From NCBI GenBank assembly GCA_949294335.1, contig CASFGO010000011.1, forward strand, positions 39,670-103,669: 64,000 nucleotides of DNA. The letters run 5' to 3'. Below the pieces are notes generated by a model. It saw only the letters and a program-made list of their open reading frames with translations, was not told the DNA's origin and did no database searches. This DNA comes from an uncultured bacterium (GTDB taxonomy: Bacteria > Cyanobacteriota > Vampirovibrionia > Gastranaerophilales > Gastranaerophilaceae). The position numbers were made by a program, and so were the translations under genes. Of this stretch, positions 58,814 through 64,000 are shown in pieces. Positions within the stretch are counted from its first letter, which is position 1, and each line of letters starts with the position of its first letter.

Positions 58814-58886
58814 AAGGCTTGTTTTTATTAAAAAACATCTTAATTTGTGCTAATAAAAACAAGACCTTATGGGGTCTTATTTTTTT
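58814..58886 (+). promoter_or_regulatory. Candidate attenuator or small-RNA 3' module: a long hairpin competing with a terminator hairpin
   Basis: Hairpin A pairs 58814-58830 with 58851-58868 (17 bp, one bulged A64). Hairpin B pairs aagacc (58861-58866) with ggtctt (58873-58878) and is followed by a T7 run (58880-58886). The two share 58861-58866, so they are mutually exclusive. Confidence 0.4.
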
Positions 58887-58964
58887 GTAAAATTTTATTA
58901 AATTTTAAGTGTAAAGTAGTAAATTTTTATTTTCTAGGGACTTAATAAAAAAGGAAGGTTAATT

Positions 58965-59054
58965 ATGAATAAAATTATGAATATCCGACGAAGAATTACT
59001 ATAAAGGCGAATGCTCCAATCGTCGAATTAATGAATTTAATTTGGGGCTTGTAA
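58965..59054 (+). CDS. Possible 29-codon small ORF (MNKIMNIRRRITIKANAPIVELMNLIWGL)
   Basis: Strong SD AGGAAGG with a 6-nt spacer before ATG 58965. It ends 30 nt upstream of the next gene. There is no other support. Confidence 0.25.
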   Translation: MNKIMNIRRRITIKANAPIVELMNLIWGL

Positions 59055-59084
59055 TACACAGGCTAATATAGTAAGGAAAAGGAA

Positions 59085-60509
59085 ATGATATCACCGGCAA
59101 AAATATATTCAGTATTAGGGAATCCAAAATCCCTTGTCCCATTGGGGGTAAAAGATAGTGCAAATTGTTTAGGTTTAACAACTGCATCATATATCACAGG
59201 TAAGAAAGAAGAAGCTCAAGATAGATTTATTGATGAAGTAGGTACAGAAGTTATATGGTTAGGTGCTATACCTGCTTTTAAAAAGGTTATAGATAAAACT
59301 TTATTTAAAATTGCAGGATATGATCCTAAATATGATATTAGAAATTTAGAAAATAAAGCTATTTACGAAAAAACAAAGAAGTATGCTCCAACTAATAAAA
59401 TTAGAGAAAATATTGAAAAAATAGGTCTTAATCCGAAGAATTTTAGAGCTTTAAATTTTGCTAAGGTTGCTATAGCTACAGGATTAGCTTTAGTCTCTTA
59501 TGATGTTTTAACTAATATGAAACAAAAGTATACTGATAAAAAAGTTGAAAAAAGAATAAGAGATCAAATGAAACAAGAAGAAAATAATAGTAAAAAAGTT
59601 GTTTCGAAAAATATTAATAAAACAGCTTTTTCAGCTGTAAAAAAACATAATAACCTTTCATTCAAAGGAGGATTGAGCGATTTTATTTTAGATCCTGTAA
59701 AAAATATGTATGTATTAGATGCAGGAATTACAAGTCAAAGACTTGCAAAATCAAGAGATCCGCAAGAATTTATGGGGTATGCAATAAAAGAAGGCGGTTT
59801 CTTGTTATTTATGTATTATGCAGGCGGTAAGATTCAAGACTTTATGAATAATAGAGCTGATAAAAAACATAATAAATCGATTGCTCTAGATTCAAGAGTT
59901 CTGGAAGATGACAAATTTAAGGAGTTATTCAAATCTGGTGAAATTGAACATAGCTTAGATAAATTCCCTAAATATGAATTGACAGAAAAGAAAACACCAT
60001 TTGTTCAAAGAGTTAAAGAATTCTTTAATCCTCCAAAGCCAACAGCAGAAATGTTGGCTAAAGATGCTGAATTATATGAATATATACATAATAACCCAGA
60101 AAATGTAGTAGTAAAAGCTGCAAAAAAATCAGATATAATTGAAACTTATAAAGTAAGAGAAAAAGGTATTTTAGGATTCTTTAAGAAGAAAATTAATACT
60201 GGAAAAATTGATACAAGAAAGTATATTGATATGAATTCAATGAGAGAAACTCATGCCAATATCAAAAAGCTTTATGGTCAATTTAAAGCATCTGGGCAAG
60301 ATGTAGATACATTCTTCAAGCAAGTAAGAAAACTAAAAAGAAATTCAATCAAGATGAATATTGGATCAACTATAGGAGCTCTAGGTGTAATTCTTCCTGG
60401 TTTAATGCTTGCAAAGAGAATTTTATCAAATGATACAGAATTTGCGACAACAAAGAGAATCAGAGAAAAATTAGAAAATGAAAGAAAACAAAAGCAAATC
60501 ATAGCGTAA
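59085..60509 (+). CDS. Hypothetical Lys-rich membrane-associated protein (474 aa)
   Basis: SD AGGAAAAGGAA. Hydrophobic segments are VIWLGAIPAF, VAIATGLALVSYDVL, GGFLLFMYYAGG and IGSTIGALGVILPGLMLA. No family recognised. Confidence 0.6.
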   Translation: MISPAKIYSVLGNPKSLVPLGVKDSANCLGLTTASYITGKKEEAQDRFIDEVGTEVIWLGAIPAFKKVIDKTLFKIAGYDPKYDIRNLENKAIYEKTKKYAPTNKIRENIEKIGLNPKNFRALNFAKVAIATGLALVSYDVLTNMKQKYTDKKVEKRIRDQMKQEENNSKKVVSKNINKTAFSAVKKHNNLSFKGGLSDFILDPVKNMYVLDAGITSQRLAKSRDPQEFMGYAIKEGGFLLFMYYAGGKIQDFMNNRADKKHNKSIALDSRVLEDDKFKELFKSGEIEHSLDKFPKYELTEKKTPFVQRVKEFFNPPKPTAEMLAKDAELYEYIHNNPENVVVKAAKKSDIIETYKVREKGILGFFKKKINTGKIDTRKYIDMNSMRETHANIKKLYGQFKASGQDVDTFFKQVRKLKRNSIKMNIGSTIGALGVILPGLMLAKRILSNDTEFATTKRIREKLENERKQKQIIA

Positions 60510-60545
60510 AGAAGATGTAAAGAATTTGTGTTTGTTTTTATATTT

Positions 60546-60557
60546 ATAGTATACTAT
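60546..60557. promoter_or_regulatory. Perfect 12-nt palindrome ATAGTATACTAT, a candidate GntR-type operator overlapping the putative -10
   Basis: The sequence is self-complementary with a GT-N2-AC core (GTATAC). It overlaps a possible promoter, TTTGTG (60525-60530), 16 nt, TAGTAT (60547-60552), and lies 16 nt upstream of the ATG at 60573. Confidence 0.3.
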
Positions 60558-60572
60558 TAAAAAAGGATTTTT

Positions 60573-61673
60573 ATGAATTATATTAATTATAAAAAGAATG
60601 AATTAGATAAAATAAAGGTTTCTGATATTGATTTGCCTTGTCCGGATTTAAAAAATACAAATAAATCTGTAGTAATATCAGATTGGCTTATTAACTGGTT
60701 AAATAATCACGATTTTGAAAATGTTTTATTGCCAACAAAAGCTGAATTTGCATATTCTTTAGGTGTAAGTTTGGGTACAATCCAAAATGTATATAAAATT
60801 TTGGAGGACAAAGGTTATATATTTTTAAAACAAAGAATAGGTGCAGTAATAAAAGGAAGAACAGAAAATAAAATATTACGCAAACAGACTTCAAAAATTG
60901 ATATTGCAATTGATGTTATAAAAAAATATATACAGACATCAGGAATGAATGTTGGTGATAAGTTAATATCATCAAGAAAATTATCTCAAATTACTGAGTT
61001 GTCTTTAAATTCAGTTCGTTTGTCAATCAATAAATTAATAAATGATGGGATATTAGAGAAAACTGGAGATAGTGTTGTGTTAGTTAATAATGATTTTGAA
61101 ACAAATGATATTTTAAATGCTGAGAGTTTAGTAAATAAAGTAACTCAAGATTTAAAACAATTTATATCAGCAAATTATAAAATCGGAGAACGATTACCAT
61201 CTCATAATATATTAGCTGAAAAATTTAAGGTTAGTATAAAGACCATTCATAATTCAATCAAACAACTTGAAAAAGAGAATATGTTGTTATCTCGCAGAGG
61301 AACATATGGAACAATAGTTATTAACACATCAAAGAATTCTGCATTTGAACCAAGACGAGAGATGTCAATTTTTGCACCTGCTCAAGATACAGCATTTTAT
61401 CATTATGAGAAAGTTCAGAATAAAATAAAGAGAATAATTACAGAAAATTATGGTATAGGTTCAAAATTACCTTCAATAAGAGAATTTTCACAAAGTTTAG
61501 ATTTAAGCCCAAATACAATAAGAAAAGCCTTGAATAATTTAGCATCTGAAGGGATTCTACGATTTGCAAGAGGACGCTATGGTGGGACATTTGTTATAGA
61601 CATGCCAGATGTTGAAGAACAAACCTTCCGTTGGTTGGCAGTAAATCCTCAATATGCACAAAAAGCGAATTAA
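60573..61673 (+). CDS. Transcriptional regulator composed of four tandem GntR-type winged-helix-turn-helix domains, with no effector domain
   Basis: Four segments of about 65 aa fit the GntR HTH pattern (LPS/T..ela..lgVS..Tv..a...L...G.i....G.G.fV). They are LPTKAEFAYSLGVSLGTIQNVYKILEDKGYIFLKQRIGAVI; SSRKLSQITELSLNSVRLSINKLINDGILEKTGDSVVLV; LPSHNILAEKFKVSIKTIHNSIKQLEKENMLLSRRGTYGTIV; and LPSIREFSQSLDLSPNTIRKALNNLASEGILRFARGRYGGTFV. Confidence 0.75.
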   Translation: MNYINYKKNELDKIKVSDIDLPCPDLKNTNKSVVISDWLINWLNNHDFENVLLPTKAEFAYSLGVSLGTIQNVYKILEDKGYIFLKQRIGAVIKGRTENKILRKQTSKIDIAIDVIKKYIQTSGMNVGDKLISSRKLSQITELSLNSVRLSINKLINDGILEKTGDSVVLVNNDFETNDILNAESLVNKVTQDLKQFISANYKIGERLPSHNILAEKFKVSIKTIHNSIKQLEKENMLLSRRGTYGTIVINTSKNSAFEPRREMSIFAPAQDTAFYHYEKVQNKIKRIITENYGIGSKLPSIREFSQSLDLSPNTIRKALNNLASEGILRFARGRYGGTFVIDMPDVEEQTFRWLAVNPQYAQKAN

Positions 61674-61687
61674 CAATTGATTACTTA

Positions 61688-62914
61688 TTAAAAGAACATT
61701 TGCATTGCATTTGGTAAAGGTGCATGGTACTTAGATACTGAAGGTTGAAATTTGTTACTAAAAGTAACATGATCATTATCTACAGAAATCCATTCATTTC
61801 TCATAATTCCCTCGGTAAAACCTTCTGTATTATGTAGATCTTCATTTGAGTTCATTTTAAGTTGAAAGTAATTTTTATCCCCAACATTATCATTGTATGT
61901 TAAACCTAATGCTTTAAAATCTGGTAGATGTTCAGAAATTTCGTTGAGATTATTTGTTTTTTGGGGAACATGGTTATGTTCAATATATTTATATACTGAC
62001 ATATTTCTATCATGGTTATAATAACATAATGGAGCAGAATTTCTACTTCTATTAGTTGTTAAATATGTATCGATTTTTGCTAAAGTTCCTAAAGCAAAAG
62101 GATTATCAAGACTTCTATATTTTTCATCGCTCATTTTAAGTACATATTTTTTTCTTTCAGGTGTAAATACCCCAAATACATTTTTATCTGATTTTCCTTC
62201 TGTAAAGAATTTAAATTCATATTCTCTATTATCTAATTTAAGATTTTCGATTTTTTTATTTTGTTTTAACCCAATTTCCATTTTATCTTTTAGATAATCA
62301 GCTATTAAAAAAAGATGATTATTGGGAAATTCTTTTGGTATGTTTCCTATTTCAAAGCTAGTATTACCTTTTAATTGTTGATGTTTTTGTAATAAAACAT
62401 CTCCTTTCCAATCAGGTCTTACTTTTAACAATTCAGATATTGTATGAGAATCTTGATATTTTTTATCAATATATTTATTATAAGCTTTATTGTATGGACT
62501 ATCAAAGAAAAATGGCATAACATTTTTGGATTGAGGTCCAACTTTATCAGTTAGTTTGTTGGTAAGTTCTGACATGTTTCTAGGTTGTCTTACTAAGCTA
62601 TCAATAAATTGGTAACTTCTATCTTCTGTATTTAAAATTGCTGTTAAAAAACTGTCCATTGTTTTTTCATCTGCATCAATTTTTAAGAATGAATTTATTG
62701 CTGGGGTATGATCATGGTTTATATACCAATTATACTCTTCATATAATTGATTAATATTTTTAGCCCCAAAGTGAATATTGTTTAGATTGCTAGCATATAC
62801 TTTTTGCTTATTATTATTGTTAATATAGCTGTTATTGGGAATATTTTTATTTTGTTTGAAAGTAACTTTGTTATTGTTGGTTGAATATAAATTTGTATTT
62901 AAAATTGTAATCAT
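61688..62914 (-). CDS. Hypothetical Asn/Lys-rich protein (408 aa)
   Basis: Start set at ATG 62914, preceded by GAGGTAAG. The low-complexity Asn-rich N-terminus is followed by a globular region. No family confidently recognised (see findings for a weak kinase-like pattern). Confidence 0.6.
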   Translation of the reverse strand: MITILNTNLYSTNNNKVTFKQNKNIPNNSYINNNNKQKVYASNLNNIHFGAKNINQLYEEYNWYINHDHTPAINSFLKIDADEKTMDSFLTAILNTEDRSYQFIDSLVRQPRNMSELTNKLTDKVGPQSKNVMPFFFDSPYNKAYNKYIDKKYQDSHTISELLKVRPDWKGDVLLQKHQQLKGNTSFEIGNIPKEFPNNHLFLIADYLKDKMEIGLKQNKKIENLKLDNREYEFKFFTEGKSDKNVFGVFTPERKKYVLKMSDEKYRSLDNPFALGTLAKIDTYLTTNRSRNSAPLCYYNHDRNMSVYKYIEHNHVPQKTNNLNEISEHLPDFKALGLTYNDNVGDKNYFQLKMNSNEDLHNTEGFTEGIMRNEWISVDNDHVTFSNKFQPSVSKYHAPLPNAMQMFF

Positions 62915-63033
62915 ACTTACCTCTACAATGTATAACATTCCTAAAAAATAAATTTGTTCTCTTAATGAAAAATGTTACATTTATTTACTTGTTATTATGT
63001 TTAATGTATTCTTTTCACAACAAGGAGAGATCA

Positions 63034-63354
63034 ATGACAGATTGTATTTTTTGTAAAATTATTAATGGCGATTTTGGAACAAAATTTATATATGAAGATG
63101 AGGATGCAGTAGTATTTAATGATATAAATCCTAAGGCTAATACTCATTTATTAGTTGTTCCTCGTCTACACGTCGAAAGTTTAAATGAACTTGATAATGT
63201 TGAATTATTAGGTCGTTTAATGAATATAGTTAGAAAAGTTACAAAACAAGAAGGAATACCATCTTATAGAACTGTTATAAATACGGGAAGAGATGCAGGA
63301 CAAGAAGTTTTTCACTTACACATACACATTTTAGCAGGAGATATTAAATTATGA
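63034..63354 (+). CDS. HIT-family (Hint-like) nucleotide hydrolase
   Basis: CIFCKII start and the histidine triad HLHIHIL. Start set at ATG 63034, preceded by AAGGAGAG; the track's longer N-terminus lacks an SD. Confidence 0.9.
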   Translation: MTDCIFCKIINGDFGTKFIYEDEDAVVFNDINPKANTHLLVVPRLHVESLNELDNVELLGRLMNIVRKVTKQEGIPSYRTVINTGRDAGQEVFHLHIHILAGDIKL

Positions 63355-64000
63355 CAGAATTTTATCAAGAAATTACACCAGCAGGATTTGGAATAGCAAT
63401 TAAGAAAAAAAATGTACTATTTTCAGATAAATCAGAATTTCAAAAAGTAGAAGTAATAGAATCAGATAGTGCATTAGGTAGATTTTTAACACTAGATGAT
63501 TTAATGATGTGTACAGAAGGTGATGAATATCATTATCACGAAATGATTGCTCATATTCCAATGATGCATCATAAAGCTCCAAAATCTGTATTAGTTATTG
63601 GTGGTGGTGATGGAGGAACAGTAAGAGAAGTTCTAAAACACGATACAGTTGAAAAAGTTGTATTATGCGAAATAGATGGAATGGTTATTGATGCTTGTAA
63701 AAAATATTTACCATCAATGTCTTGTGAATTAGACAACCCAAAAGTTGAAATAAAAGTAGAAGATGCTATAGAATTTATTAAAGATAAAGTTGATGAATAT
63801 GATATAGTTCTTATTGATTCAACAGATCCAATGGGACCAGGAGAAGGCTTATTTACAGAAGAATTTTATACAAATGTTAAACGTTCAATGAAAAAAGGCG
63901 GAATATTAGCTGCACAATCAGAATCACCGGTTGTAAATAAAGAAGAAATTAGCAAAATGTATAAATTATTAAAAAAAGTTTTCCCTATTTGTTCAACTTA
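63351..64000 (+). CDS. speE: Spermidine synthase (polyamine aminopropyltransferase), 5' part; continues past the right window edge
   Basis: My translation: MTEFYQEI...FQKVEVIESDSALGRFLTLDD...EYHYHEMIAHIP...VLVIGGGDGGTVREVLKH...VVLCEIDG...VLIDSTDPMGPGEGLF, the canonical SpeE motifs. ATGA overlap with the HIT gene stop. Not in the ORF track because no stop lies in the window. Confidence 0.9.
   Translation, partial: MTEFYQEITPAGFGIAIKKKNVLFSDKSEFQKVEVIESDSALGRFLTLDDLMMCTEGDEYHYHEMIAHIPMMHHKAPKSVLVIGGGDGGTVREVLKHDTVEKVVLCEIDGMVIDACKKYLPSMSCELDNPKVEIKVEDAIEFIKDKVDEYDIVLIDSTDPMGPGEGLFTEEFYTNVKRSMKKGGILAAQSESPVVNKEEISKMYKLLKKVFPICST

Noticed and set aside
52084-59084. tRNA genes (Ala, Gly, Cys) as integration sites for a genomic island or prophage
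   Set aside because: There is no integrase, recombinase, transposase or phage-like gene, and I noticed no direct repeat of a tRNA 3' end next to any of the three tRNAs. The flanking genes are housekeeping (ftsH, tyrS) or envelope genes with the same composition as the rest of the window.
2502-63582. The other short ORFs nested within or antisense to larger genes: 2502-2735, 3468-3668, 3924-4250, 5058-5306, 14166-14438, 15013-15213, 17624-17854, 19925-20419, 21170-21391, 22397-22648, 22894-23124, 23433-23696, 24254-24445, 24666-24998, 26797-27033, 27781-28062, 28854-29093, 29121-29423, 30271-30501, 35303-35560, 37428-37622, 38441-38878, 40849-41112, 42784-42966, 43927-44115, 47632-48070, 48593-48898, 49283-49672, 50344-50610, 54289-54648, 57375-57674, 58999-59190, 60278-60502, 60691-60909 and 63400-63582
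   Set aside because: Each is fully or largely embedded in a longer ORF that carries clear family motifs. They lack SD sequences and show shadow-frame composition. None is supported as a gene.
1-64000. CRISPR arrays, tandem or interspersed repeats, IS elements, retron/DGR-type reverse transcriptases and toxin-antitoxin pairs
   Set aside because: Reading the intergenic regions (all 411 nt or shorter) showed no repeat-spacer periodicity. None of the ORF translations shows transposase, RT, Cas or typical TA motifs. A computational self-dot-plot would be needed to exclude dispersed repeats rigorously.

Overview
This is a visibly AT-rich bacterial chromosomal window (composition judged by eye, not computed). 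It is densely packed: about 60 protein-coding genes, 3 tRNAs, no rRNA. Most content is housekeeping. It includes DNA repair (recN, uvrC, recG, uvrB, recR, ybaB, ruvX), cofactor synthesis (coaX, coaBC, bioA/bioD, pabA/pabB-C), trkAH, ftsH, era, tyrS, tilS-hpt, gmk, lepB and speE. It also carries the flagellar stator motAB and diderm envelope markers: a TPS-domain exoprotein, a GT9 heptosyltransferase-like gene, csaB and a putative OM beta-barrel. Gene content (flagellar stator, LPS-type glycosyltransferases, ruvX-DUF1292 pair, long RecG) would fit a low-GC diderm such as a non-photosynthetic cyanobacterial relative (Melainabacteria). That is inference only. I found no CRISPR array, transposase, integrase, phage genes, reverse transcriptase or recognisable defence system, so the window reads as core genome rather than an accessory island. 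Five things seem worth a second look. (1) One co-directional block holds AAA+-less Clp N-domain modules: a His-rich standalone ClpX-type zinc finger coupled to a 530-aa unknown, plus a triple Clp_N-repeat protein. (2) A single polypeptide is built of four tandem GntR-type winged-helix domains, with a perfect palindrome over its putative -10. (3) The 411-nt gap at 58.7-59.1 kb contains an orphan promoter, mutually exclusive hairpins, a terminator and a 29-codon ORF. (4) Three lineage-specific Lys/Asn-rich proteins are present, one with a faint kinase-like motif pattern. (5) motAB is translationally coupled to an RNase H-like (DUF429-like) ORF. All functional calls come from motif recognition on the supplied translations; no database search was run.
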